From: Lingula anatina
Taxonomy: Eukaryota > Animalia > Brachiopoda
Reading direction: 5' to 3'
NCBI GenBank assembly: GCA_051362555.1
Contig: CM120649.1
Span: forward strand, 10,416,001-10,480,000
DNA length: 64,000 nt
Part shown: positions 24,318-37,079 of the stretch, piece after piece
How positions within the stretch are numbered: the first letter of the stretch is position 1
Layout: every line of letters starts with the position of its first letter
Made by a program: the position numbers and the translations under genes
The notes under the pieces: model-generated
Told to the model about the DNA's origin: nothing
What the model saw: the letters and a program-made list of their open reading frames with translations, nothing else
Databases searched by the model: none

Positions 24318-24319
<2 letters not shown>

Positions 24320-24353
<34 letters not shown>
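24320..24353. repeat. (CA)n microsatellite
   Basis: Directly visible. Confidence 0.97.
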
Positions 24354-24354
<1 letters not shown>

Positions 24355-25278
24355 CTAATTTTTATGCTTAGGAAAGTAACGCCTCGGTTAGAAATGTGTT
24401 GTTAGCAGTTTGCTATAGTAGAACAAATTTGCAATTAAGAACTTAATTATATTCCAATTCAAGCCATTCAATGTTCCAAGAAATCCATCAGCTGTTTTAC
24501 AACTTAGTCATACTAACAGCCTGTTTTAATCAATATTTAAAACAAGTCAATTTTTGAGCTCCGATATTTCAGTCTCTATTTCGTGCAAGTAGGCAAACAT
24601 ACTTGATGTGATAATCGCCGACAGTTTGTGTAGTTCAAAAATAGCAAACTTTGACTTCATGTAAATTCTGTCGGCACTTAATGTTCCATCTGTAACTGAC
24701 AGTAGGAAATACTGTCACGGCGTAGGGATTTTACGTCGTGTTTTCACGCGCTATTTCGTTGCGTCGCGTTCGTTGTGTGTAAAAACGCTAATTTTAATGA
24801 AAAATGCCGATAATTCTTTCTTTTTTAACTTTTTAAAATTTCAATTTCGAAACATGATAGACGAGTATTTAAGCATCACTTTAATTCATTGGGACAACAT
24901 TTCAGAGGAAGAATTTGATAGAGTAAATCGGCGCTAAATTATAATGTCACGATGATTTTCTAGCATAACAACAGCATAACATTTGCTGGAACTTATTTTA
25001 ATTTTAGTTCCTTTCGTAGCGTTGACGCTTTGCCAGTTAATTTTCTAGTGCTGCGTTTTTAGTAATGACGCTCTTTCTCAATAGATTTCGAGGTTCATCT
25101 TTGTAAATTACTATAGTTGAAACATACGGTAGTTAAATAAGTAGAAAAGATAAATCTATACAAGTTGGAAAAGTTTGTATAACCTGGCGTGTTAAAGTTA
25201 AAGGACAACAGTAAACACCCGAACGTACTCAAAACTCAATTTCCCCGACTCTCCCAAACCTTTTATACCATCATCATA

Positions 25279-26155
25279 GAGGAGACCGGGGCTAGTTGGA
25301 CCCCGGGGTAAGTCCCCCCCCCCCATCAATTTATGAAAAAGTAACTACGAGGTAAAAAAAATTGGCCACATACTCTTGTAAAGTGACCGTAGTCTACAAT
25401 GCTAAGGAAGTGTCTGACGTTAAAAAGTTTTAAGTGGTGAGTCGAGAAAAAAAAGGAATTTTGCACTTAAATGTAATTTTGTTTGAGAGATTTAAAAATC
25501 TATTTTCATAGGCTTTTGATCCAATATAATATATGTATAGGGCATCAAACTAAAGCTCATTGTTTCAAGTTTCACAGAGATGTATCATCGTTGCTCATTC
25601 TAACACCATAAATGACTGCCATCCTTTAAAATAAAAAAATGTGCACCCGGGACTAGTTGCCCCCCTTGACTCGGATCAAGTTGGACCCTCATATTACCCA
25701 CAAACCTTTGCGCGCAACAGAGCTAGAGCCCATTGTTGAAACAAACTCAATGGTTTAAAACTGAATTTGTTACTTTCTTTTTAAAAAACGAAAATTTATT
25801 ATTTGTTTTCATTCATTAAAAACCTGCTTTATACGATTATTAATTTATTCGTAAGTAAAACAAAGCAAATTTTATTGATAGATATTTTGGTCCTTGCAAC
25901 ACATAAGCCCTCCATAGAACGAGACGTACGGAAACCTCAATAAATCTGCCTCAAGTTGGCCCCCCTCACGTCAACTGAGTTTTTTATTTGTCAAATTGTG
26001 AGCCATCTGGCAATATATTTGAAAAATAATGACGTTGCAAACGTAGCTTAGTTGATGGGACTTACTTTGAAACCGGTTTTGTTACTCTAATTCATTCCTA
26101 GTTGGCTCTACAAGGCCAAAAGTTTCTAACTGGGCCAACTAGCTCTGGTCTCCCC
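25279..26155. mobile_element. 877-bp non-autonomous Tc1/mariner/pogo-type element
   Basis: TIRs GAGGAGACCGGGGCTAGTTGG and CCAACTAGCTCTGGTCTCCCC, flanked by TA on both sides. The AGTTGG(A/C)CCC-like motif is reiterated inside (~25655, 25679, 25954). No transposase ORF. Confidence 0.85.
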
Positions 26156-29100
26156 TACACTGCCACAATTATATTTGTGTCGTTTTCTTTCAACATATAT
26201 TGAATGGTTCGTCTACATCTAATTTAAACTAAAATATCACATTGTCATTTCCAATGGCTTATAAGGTAATTTCTTTATGAACTTTTCCTCACCCCCCCTC
26301 CCCACCTCGCGTTATGTCTTCACTAACACAATGGGGTGATATTTGTCACAATCATGGTTGAGACAGCATCAGAATCAAAACACCGCAGTCTCTATCGTAA
26401 GGTCTACTTGGTCAAACATAGCAAAAACTGCTCAGATATTCAAATCAGTGAACAATATTGAGTCATATAAAGACAGCTAGTGACCTACAAAATGTTGTTT
26501 CAATTTGGGGTGGATAAGGATCTGAAGTTGATTTTCGTCTGGCATTTTTTAAAATATACTGAACACAAACGTCGTCCACTGTATTTTTAATGTTGTAAAG
26601 TACAAATGAAGTTCCATCCGTAAAATATTGGTGAGAGTTGAAAAGAAAAGGCGGTCACTTCAGCCTGCCACCTCCCCCTACCATGAATGTAATGGGATGG
26701 ACAGCCTGGAAGGAGACGTCACTGCCTCAGTGCTGAGTGATCTGGAAGTGGAGCGAAGGCGGCTTAGATATTAAGTATACGAATATCGTAATTTCAGCCA
26801 TATCAATATAACGTTTTAAGAAGTCAATGTCAGGTATTAAGTTAATAGTGAATTATTTTTGAAAAGTTTTTTGATGCCCGTTTGCTTAAGAGTGGTTTTG
26901 ACCATTTCCCAATATTTTCCCCACGTACCATTTATTTCCTCCTTCACTTCATCTCATCACGTCTCATGAAACAAAGGAAGATGCAGTTGCACTTCATGTT
27001 CAGTATTTTGAACTTCGTCGGTAGAAAAAGTAGTGGCAGTGGAAGTTTACCGTGAGAAATGACCAAGGAGGGGAAAATGCTGTGAAATGTCTTGTAAGAG
27101 TCTGGCAATTGACATGTTGATATTTAGTGAGCGGTTGGTAGTGGAATTATAGAATATGATATAGGTATAGTAACAAACGTCCATTTCCGAAGTAAAGAAC
27201 ATAATTCAAGTATTTAGGGGTTATAGCAGTATACAGTGATACTTCCATTTCGAATATTGGCAATATTTCAAAAATTAATATATATTATTTCATTTCATTA
27301 AAATATCTGAGCTAAATTAAAGTTGTATTGATTTCTGCCTGACATATTTTAAGTTTAACCTTTCAGGACATAAGATGTGAAATTCTCAAAATGCTGTTTT
27401 GAACGGAGTTGAAAAGGCTCTGTCCAAAGGTGTCTTTTACGTACTTTATATCAATACAGCAACACGAATTTGAGGTGATTTACGAATTAAATGTTACATA
27501 TCTTAAACGTAATCATATATCAGAATGCATGGTCATCAGTTAGAAAACTTGCTTTATTGTATTGAAGTATGTTGTATACTGTCGTAGTGTCAAGTTTGTC
27601 ACACGTGACAATGTGAAATGGTACTATATGTGGTATTCTTCAGCAAGACAGCAAGGGATGACTTTCTAGTTTAGATGCGAATTAAGTACGCAAAAATATA
27701 CCAATTTTATGTCGGTTTAAAGCTAAATATTTTTTCTGTAATATTCAACAATTTCACCTAAATCACCAATGAACACATTATCGAATCCATTTATAAATTC
27801 TACAAGTCCAGTGTCGAATTCTTAATTTCTTTTTTTTTTACCGGCCCCGGCGTGAGTTAACTTCAGTCTCATTCTCCAAATGTACTGAAATCAAAAATGA
27901 AACGACTGAAGCTCATTGTGTGTCTTTTTTCAATGTTCAGAAGGGAAAAAGGATTATCGTCTCTTGAAATTTGAGCATTTGCTGTCTTGTTGAGTAAGAC
28001 ATGCCATTTTACGAATCAAGATCGATTATTTTGTGTCAAAAGTGATGTAGAATTAAGAAGTTTCATTTCCATTTGAGAAAAATCCCTTCTTGAAAAGCTG
28101 ATTTAGTTCATGTAAATACCATTCATATGACGGAAAAGAAACTACTTTCGTGTTTTACTTATCTCTGAACGTAGTTCTTACAACGTAAAATATGTACACG
28201 TTTTGTCCTGAAATATATGTTTTTGCCATTAATCTGTTGAACAAATACATTTATGGGAATGAAAATTGCTTTATTTTCCAAATTTAACAATTTCGGCAAT
28301 TCTGTCTTAACAGCATCATTATCTACCGACCAGATGATACAGAAATTTTTAATATTTATTCGAATTTAGAACAATTTATGTTCAGAAGGTTTTTTTTTTC
28401 GAATTGAAAATGCATTTAGGAAATATGAGAAAATCGTGATCTGTCCCTTGGATTTTAAGCCAGATTTCATGTAAATGTAGTTTGTTTTCTAATTGAAAAT
28501 AGATGTAGGAAATATGATCTGCTCATTGGATTTTAACCCAAATTTCATAAGTGAACATGTAGTTTGTTCTTTAAGTAGTTTTTGCAAGGAATTTTTTTAA
28601 ATTTCATATTCGTTTTACTATCTAATGTTCATTAGTCTTTCCAGTTTGGCAATAGCTGTATAAACGTGTATATGTTTTTATGTAGAACTTTTGACACTTT
28701 TTTGGCCAAACATAACGACAATGCGTGTCCGTTTTTTGCTCCCAACGATAAGTGTCTGACTGAAAAAAGCGTCCAATTTTAAACAGAGCATTTCATAAAT
28801 ATCTCATAATTTTCATTTTTATATAGAGAAAAACAATGGCGGATCCAGAACATTTGAAAGGAGTCAGATGTTGACATTTGGGGCGAGATGGAGTATTTTG
28901 AGAACTTGATCATGTTAATCCAAAATGGGTCTCTCACCATCGGGAGGGCGGAGACTAGATCCACCATTGTTTTTTTTTTTTTCTAATTTAATGAAGAAGT
29001 TGAAATATATTGTTTTTGTCATTAAGAACAAACATAAGACCATTAGTGTGGTAGATAGTTTATTTGTCAAGTCGAATATATAAGAATGTTATATTTTTAC

Positions 29101-29331
29101 ACCTGTAAGTGAATTTAAATGCAGACATAATAATGTTATACTATAATATCATAATATTCTTTCAGATACTAAACGCTTTTTAACTTGTAGTAATAAAAAG
29201 ACTGAAGACGATGATATTTTACAGATATATGTTTTATAAATAATTGAATACATAAAAGCAATTTGTATTGCTTATTGCTCTTAATAAAACTTTTATTAAA
29301 TATACAAAATGTCTTAGCGTTTTTACTGACA

Positions 29332-29711
29332 GCTACATGGTTCAGTGGTAGCCTGGGGTTGGGGTTCGATTCCTGGCTCGGGCACTTTGGAATTACAAAG
29401 GAGTGCTATTAGTAATTTTCCTTTGGTTACTATAAGAAGAAAGTCTACCCGGGGAGGGTGGGTGGGAACACTTAGAGAAGTAGGTAACGCGCTTGCCTCT
29501 GAGACAGAAGGTCCCCAGTTCGATTCCTGGCGCCTCTAGGTCCCAGCAAATTACCTTTTGCAAAAAATAATTCCAAATAAACAATTTAAACACCTACAAG
29601 AGGATCATGCATGATACTAGTACAAGTAAGTTGAGACAGTGGCTCAATAGGTAAGGTGACAGATCAAAATAGAGAAGAAAGCGAGGAAATTGATGGCTGT
29701 AGGTTCGAGTC
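29332..29711 (+). other. Three degenerate tRNA-like (Pol III A-box/B-box) modules, SINE-head-like
   Basis: TCAGTGGTAG...GGTTCGATTCC (29342-29373), AGTAGGTAA...AGTTCGATTCC (29479-29527) and TGGCTCAATAGG...GGTTCGAGTC (29640-29711). None has an intact cloverleaf. Confidence 0.55.
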
Positions 29712-30154
29712 GAGCTGAAGAAAAGATAGTTAGGAATAAACGACAGACATTTTGCACATTTTGAAACTACTATTACAACTTACAACTTATATATGTACGT
29801 TTATTATAACAAATACTAGCAATTGCACCATACAGATGTATGCAAAAACGAACATTACTTTTTGGCTCTATATAAAAAGCAATTTTCATAACGACTTCGC
29901 ATTTCGAGGTGTAAATCAAGCTAAATACAACTATCCATGACTAAATGTGTCGCAGGTTCATTTTGAAAATTGTCGCTCAATATAAATCATTTTGGTTGAA
30001 GATTGGACGTGATATATTTTACAACTATCATTCAAAGTTGAAATTGGTGTATTTGTCTTGTGACTGAACAAAAATTTCACCGAGGGACATTTTATCCAAA
30101 TTCAAGATTAATAACGACATCCAAAATTCAAAATGCATACGATCTCATGTAAGC

Positions 30155-30334
30155 CAGGCCCGTAGCCAGGGGGTTCGGGGGGGGGGGGGGTTCAAATGAA
30201 GGTTACCCTTTTTGCTGGGAAAAGGTCCACTCTGAGTAAAATTTAATCTAAGTACATGAAGATTTTAAGGTAAAAAGGTCCATTTTTAAGAAAAAGACTC
30301 CCCTCCCCCTTTGAAATTGCTGGCTACAGGGCTG
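30155..30334. mobile_element. 180-bp MITE (hAT-like CAG termini)
   Basis: TIRs CAGGCCCGTAGCCAG and CTGGCTACAGGGCTG, with subterminal G-run and C-run. No clear TSD. Confidence 0.75.
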
Positions 30335-31873
30335 TAAACGTTACCCCCTCCACGGGGGTACACACTCACGACACCACATCTTACTCTGTGTCTCCATGCT
30401 GATTTTTGTACACAACACCAAACAGCAGCCAAACATTATTCAATTCAGTAAATTTGATGAATGCATTTCACATAGATAATTGAAGTACCTCATACATGTA
30501 TTTTGCGTCACTTTTTCCCCCTCTTTAAATATTAAAATAGGATTTAGGTGGCACAATTTTGAGCGAACACTTAAATTTACGCATCGTGCGAATCAAGAAC
30601 AGCATGAAGACATGGTCAGTTTACAACCTTACCCCAATCATAGTAATTTTTAAGAATAATATGTAAAGAAAATTGAAAATGTCGTGGAAAAACAGTTTAC
30701 TTAAAGTAACTAAGCACATTTACTCAGAAAATGCTTATCAACTCAACGGTCTCCGGTGTTCAGTGACCAAGAAACATTAGCAACAATAACCCAGCAGCAC
30801 AAGAAGGACTGGTATCTAATCTTCCATTTTCTTCGCAATCACCCCTTGATCCCGACCGAAAAATAGAATTAAGAAAGTACCGGGTACAAGAACAACATAA
30901 AAAGAAACACGCGACTTTTCGATACGGATTTGAAAAGAAGTACTCAAAATTTTGAGTTGCATAAGGATGCGATAAATGCCAATCCTACATATGCATTTTA
31001 ATTGACAAAAGATGCCAAAAGGAAAAATTTTCTACAATCCATTTTTTGTGAACATCAAACATTTCCTCTTTGTTCTGCAGGCGAAAGGTCAATTTCCCTT
31101 CTGTAAAAACAAAAACATTAATTTTGTAAAAAAAAAAACTGCCCCAACCCCAGGTTTGATTTTCTGAAAACACAAACATTTCTACCCCTTCACAGCAATA
31201 AAACTATGGGTGTGTCACTGATCAGACAAACTATATCAAAACACCGGAAACCATTCATTCTTAGCATGCGTCATAACAGCATATTCACAATTTTAGAAAA
31301 ATCCGTTTCAATAAGTGTGGACATTTCTGCAATAACTTGAGCACATTTTACAATTTCATACTGCTGTTATTTTAATATAATAATTTGTATTAACAGTTTA
31401 TTGAATATTTACTTCTATTTCACTTCTTCAAATGCACCCACAATAAAAGATTCTTGTATGCATTTTACGTAATGGAAGTGCGACATTTTTTCCTTTTCAA
31501 AATTGAACTTCATCAAAATAAGTATTTGTATCCAATTTGATATGAATAAACAAATAGTCTTATTACATATTCGCCCACACATATTTTACAGTCAAACAGA
31601 AAACCAGTCGTGCCAGCATCACGTTCTACCTGGACATCACTTAGTGATAATTCTACAATATTTTTTAAAATAATTTTTCGTTTTTATGCATCACTTAAGC
31701 ACGAAAATGATTTCAATGACTTCTGTTTAAAGAGCACTCCAAAACTGTCCCTTTCAGGTTCAAGAATTTATAGGTATAAACAAAAAATAAACAAATTACA
31801 ATAAGTACGCCGTGTGTAAATAGAGAGCTGTGCTACGACTTATTTACATATCTCAAGCAATAAACTAGTGACG

Positions 31874-32034
31874 TGCAGGGTTGACGCTTGGATTTGGTTC
31901 ATTTTTACCAGAAGTTCCGTGAATAAAACACCCGTTACACGCTGCTCTTAGTTTGATGCACGTTCTGATGCAGAATATTATTACAACACAATACAAACAT
32001 TACATTTTAAACCAAATCAAATGTCAACCCTGCA
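31874..32034. mobile_element. ~160-bp MITE-like inverted repeat
   Basis: TGCAGGGTTGACGCTTGGATTTGGTT ... AACCAAATCAAATGTCAACCCTGCA (~25-bp imperfect TIR). Confidence 0.7.
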
Positions 32035-34010
32035 AATTAACTATAAGACAAACTTCGGCAAGTGAGACAATCTTGACATGGGTGCGGGCGCTGTCGAACA
32101 CGAAGTAGATATCTTTGTTGGGGGCGAATCCATTTTCATAAACGGTAGTTAAGAGTCACTGGAATTAAATGAAAATGATATAAATTAAAATTCACATTCA
32201 CGAGACAGTATCTAAATGTTCTGTAAATAAGAATATAACTATTATAGCAATCCCTTTCGAAATTCATGACGAAATATGAAAATCATATCATATAAATAAA
32301 TATATTAAACAACACATTCTATACAACCACGAACTTAATTTACAGTAAAATTATTACTTTTTTTAGTTTACTCTTAAAAACAGAGATACTTGATTCTTTG
32401 AAAAAAATGCTATGGTTAGGAATCAAAGGGCACCCAATTAAGAGCTACATATACAGCCACCTGCCTTGTCTTCTTGCTTTGTTTAAGATGGAATAACATG
32501 TCTCTGGACAACTGGAATAATCTTCTTGCTTCTTTATTGGAAAGCGAGTTCCCTCTAGAGAAAATAACAGAAAATAAGCTATTTTACTTCAAGCTCATTT
32601 TGGACTTCAAGGAGAAAGTGACGTTCACGTCAGGTATATGTCCCCATGGTCAATACGACTTCAATAGAAAACGTACCGTTTTTGGGAAAATGTCATCCAC
32701 ACATAATCAGAAGTGCAATTTTATATTATCTCTCCGGTAATTACAACAGATTACTGCAGTTTCAGTGTCAGAATTTCGGCCTACATGTGGAAATTGTAGC
32801 AGTGAGACTTCCTTCTTTTCCAACTGACCTTGGTCCTATCTGAATACCTCTCAGCAAAGTGACGTGCTCACCTGGTTTACATAATAATGTATAGTTGACC
32901 ACCCTCCGTACAGGGGCCTCGATTTAGGCATTGGTCTTTGTTATGTGATAGGGCACTATAATGGATTCCGATCCCGGGAAGGCAATTCGGGTTTACTTAA
33001 ATCATAACGGCAAAACAATCACGCTTTGTCAGCCATCAAACATTATTTCAAGTGACCAGTGGCAGCAGTCAGATTTCGCTGGTAGAATGAATGAACCCAA
33101 TAAAAATCAATTGTCTTAGAGAAGACAAGATGCGACTTATATCCAATCTAAAAAGTTACATCTCGTTGTGAATCCCTAGGTCATACCTCAATTCCAAATG
33201 TATTAGGTTATTATCATTATCATTACCAGCACATCGCAGTTTAAACATTTAGAGGTATTTTGCTCAATTAATATATATTGTTTACTATAGATTTGTGGAG
33301 CCGAAACTACTATAAATTGTTTACTATAGATTTGTGGAGCCGAAAGGTTTGTACATGTAAATGTAACGTTTTTTTCTGCTAACTGGTTTATTCTTTTCGT
33401 CGTTCAAATTACTGTATACAAAGAGAAAGCACAACTAGAATAGAATACTGTTTTATTATGGTGAAAAGGGTATACCCCTGGCCCTATTATGGAACAATTT
33501 GTTAATAAGATAGCACGTTTTCGCAGGGCAAAAATTTATAATAAAATAGAAAATAACAATGACAATAGTAATAACAAATTAACTATCAATTAAATAAATA
33601 ATAATCATCACATTTTCTTTTTTCGAAAGTTTGCACCAATTTCTTAACGCAGAGCTAGTCTATCTCAAGCACGTGTTTCGTGATACGCGGTTGTTCAACG
33701 GACAACGCCCTGTTCCAGTTTTGTACCGTGTTTAACCATTTACAGTGCTGACATGGTAGCCAGTCCGGGTCCCGTGGATTGCTTTATTTTTAGCGCTTTC
33801 ACTGTAAGAATCCACAGACTCCCGAAGCATAGTCCAGAACGGATGTAACGCTGATAATCCAAGTACTAGTGTTTTATAAGGGTGGGTCTTAGATATTCTT
33901 TTTCCAAGCGCAAGTCTACTGCTTTTTGTTAATGGTTCCGTGTGTAACGCCACGTCGTCGGTGTAGTGAGACGAAACGCTCAATTATTTGTACTGCTTCA
34001 CCATTTAATA

Positions 34011-34178
34011 AAGGGCCGAATTTAGGCCGTCTTCTGGGTCTTCCGGAAGACGGTCAGATTTTTTAGTTTACATTGACGGGTATCTAATATTTTCTGTCGG
34101 AAGACGGTCAAAAATTGAGGACGAATTAACAAAGATAATTTGGAAGACTGTCAGAAAATATCGCTGGATCCGCCCCTG
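34011..34178 (-). mobile_element. MITE, same family as 15486-15656
   Basis: Ends are AGGGCCGAATTTAGG and CTGGATCCGCCCCTG, with reiterated GAAGACGG/CCGTCTTC motifs inside. Confidence 0.75.
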
Positions 34179-34516
34179 TTTATAGTTTATTCTTTCCTAT
34201 TGTGATATAAAATCAGATTCGCTCTGGTCTTCCTGAAGTGCGTGTACTGTAACCTACTTTTCCAGCGCCAAGGCGTTGATAGATTAAGAGAATAGGTGTC
34301 ACTTTAAATCTCTGTCAATGGAATCATGAACCAGACTGTCCTCAGTCTCAGAATCCATTTCAGTCTCAGTAACAGTAGCAGTAAAGTACCACCTTCGTCT
34401 CTTTCTTCAGCATCTCCCTCTGAAATTGTAGAGTTGTTGGCGCCGGTGTAGTAGTACTGTACCTTTGCGATTTGCTCATGTATGGAATCTGAAATTCAGA
34501 GTGGGGTACATTACAA

Positions 34517-36070
34517 AACAAGGCAGCAAAACTGTCAAATGTACAGACAAAAAGCAGGAAGTAATAATGCACAAAACAGGCTACTGGCAATTTTGATGCA
34601 ATAATACATTAAGCAAAGTCAGCATCAAATTTTAATTATGCACAACAGCTAATACCAATGAAAGTAAAATGTGTAACAAGCATAAGGCTTCAGGCCTATG
34701 AGAGTTCAAGTTCACACTTGGAAAATGCCAGAATGAGCTCCTGAAAAAATGAAACTTTCACAAAAAACTGCATTAATTCAAAAAACAAGCATCAAAGCTG
34801 TCAAGTGTACAGACAAAAAGCAGAAAATAATAATGCACAAAATAGGCTACTGCCAATTCTGATGCAATATTACATTATGCTTAACTGTCTACAACAAATT
34901 TTAATTATGCACAACTGGTAATACCAATGTAAGTAAAATGTGTAATGGGCATAAGGCTTCAGGCCCATGAGACTTTAAGTTCACACTTTGAAAATGGCAG
35001 AATGAGAAAAATGAAATCTTCACAAAAAATTGCATACATTCAATAAAAATGTATAATCCAACAGAGTTGGTTTTCTGATTTGAACTGTATGTCAATCCTA
35101 AGAATCATTCTTGTTAAAAAAAAATTAAGTAACACTGTTTTTATTTCATAACGATTGTGGATGGAGTACATTTTTATCCATTTTGATGCAGCATTACATG
35201 ATGATTAACAATTATATTACTAAAAAATTTTTAATTGTCTACTATAAATTACACAGACATTTAGAAAATTTGATTACCCTTCAGCTTCATGCCCGTGGGA
35301 GTTCTAAGTTCCACACTGAAAATGGCAATATTTGAAAAATGAACATTTTCACAAAAATGATTAACTTCCAGAAAAAGAAGGCAATTAGACTGCTTTTCCA
35401 ACTCAGGCTGCATTTAAGTCCCGTGTTTCTGCTTTGCAAGTTTGAAAATCATAAGTAACATGTGACTAGTAAAAGTATTCAAGCCCATGGAGGTTCAAAG
35501 TCGAAAATGCCAATATGTGAAAAATTAAAATTCCCCCCCCCCCCCAAAAAAAAAAAAGAAAAATTAACCAATCAGGCTTGTTTTCCAACTGAAGCTGTAT
35601 TTTAGTTCTAGGTTTCTTTCATGTAAATTTGAGAATAGCAAGTGGCATAGTTTTCCTTCAGTGGTCACTATGGCAGAAGGGCCCAAGTTAGGTTTTTCTT
35701 CAATTATGATGCAACATTGCATATTGCACTGCAGGTGACATGGGCATTTACAAAAATGAACGGTCAAGCTAATTTTTGAATTTGATCTGTATATTTGTCC
35801 TTTAAATCAGTCAAAATGTTTTAAAGCAAAATATGACATTTTTCATGGTATCTATATTATGGTGGATTAAATATGCTGAAAAAAGTGAAAAAACAGCTTT
35901 ACTTTTGACAAAATGGCTTGATCATGCCGATTTTTGAAATCAACCTGCATTTTATGAATGTTCCGAAAGTTTGAAAACAAAAAGTAAAATGTCTATCCAC
36001 TTATTGTGTTATCGCTGAAAGTGCAAGGCAAAGGCAATGGCGATGCAGGTGACACGTGTTTGTACAAAAG
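34517..36070 (-). mobile_element. Third HINE copy, degenerate, with a duplicated left end
   Basis: AACAAGGCAGCAAAACTGTCAAATGTACAGAC at 34517 and again at ~34783. The body is homologous to 8738-9500 and the right end is decayed (GAAAGTGCAAGGC...GCAGGTGACACGTGTTTGTACAAAA). Confidence 0.8.
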
Positions 36071-36739
36071 AGTTTTGGGAAAAGTTCTCTTATTCTTGTA
36101 TCAAGTAACTTCAGTTATTATATTTTGATTTTTCGATGATAATCTTTAAGCAAATCCGTTGGATTAACAGTATAGTTACGGCATTCTTGGAGACACAAAG
36201 TCACCTGGACTTGGAAATTAACACTGTACTGGTACTTTCTTTATGTTATTTTCAAAACAGTGCTGAAAGATAAAAAATGGTTAGAATTTCTTTTATACCA
36301 ACTGAAGTGGTATCCCCCCCCCAAAAAAAAAAAATCCTTTCTCAATAATCAATTTTTTTTTGGTAATATCCATTTTATACAATTAAATAATGATGACAAT
36401 TATTATTCAAATCTTTATGTTGCATAGCAATGCTAAATTTATTATATGTAAAAGCTAATTCTAAGAAAGACATAAAAGACATCAAAACATCTATAATACC
36501 TTTTCAAGAACTGCGTTAGAATTGAAATCAAATATATATCATAAAATCATACATTTACGTAAAAGAACTAAAGGTACACAATAACAAAAACTACGTCTTA
36601 AGACCTTTTAAATGTCTTTATCAATAAATCAAAGAAACAGTATTTATATAAATTAGAACAATACATTTAATACATGTAAACATGTTCCCATGTAATTTCA
36701 TCTGCTCTGCGTTCATATTTTATACAAAAAATATAGTCT

Positions 36740-37062
36740 CAAACAGCTGAGGCTGGAGATTGCTGCCATAAAAAGTGTGTCCTCTCTCTAACTGCTGTAT
36801 GTGATGAGTTCACTGTTAAGTGCTTTCTTTGCAAGCAACTCTACTAAACTAAAGACACAACTATCATTCCCACTAAGACTGTACTGTTGAAAAAATAGTC
36901 AATGATCTCTTTTAAAACATTGCATTACCTTGATGAGTTGATGTGAGTAAATACCTAAATATTACAGTCATATATTCAGCACCCCATAACACCTGTTTGT
37001 ATGCATGTGATGTGGATATCAGTGTTATTGACTACCCAGGTTCTACATGATATTGCTATTCA
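36740..37062 (-). pseudogene. Decayed YWTD-propeller-like exon remnant flanking array 2
   Basis: Acceptor ttctgcag|, then EPG*SITL...KQVLW, SLTIF (cf. FSLTIFED.VYW) and HTFYGSNLQPQ (cf. the propeller terminus I.VY....QP), in the expected order. Many stops and indels. Confidence 0.45.
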
Positions 37063-37079
37063 CTGCAGAATTTACAGTT

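Noticed and set aside
24061-24405. 114-aa ORF as a gene
   Set aside because: It runs through a (CA)n microsatellite and has no domain or coding-like composition.
29472-29539. Functional tRNA gene
   Set aside because: The T-loop and B-box are present, but the acceptor and anticodon stems do not pair properly.
33277-33345. 29-bp direct duplication (TTGTTTACTATAGATTTGTGGAGCCGAAA)
   Set aside because: A simple local tandem duplication with no further structure.
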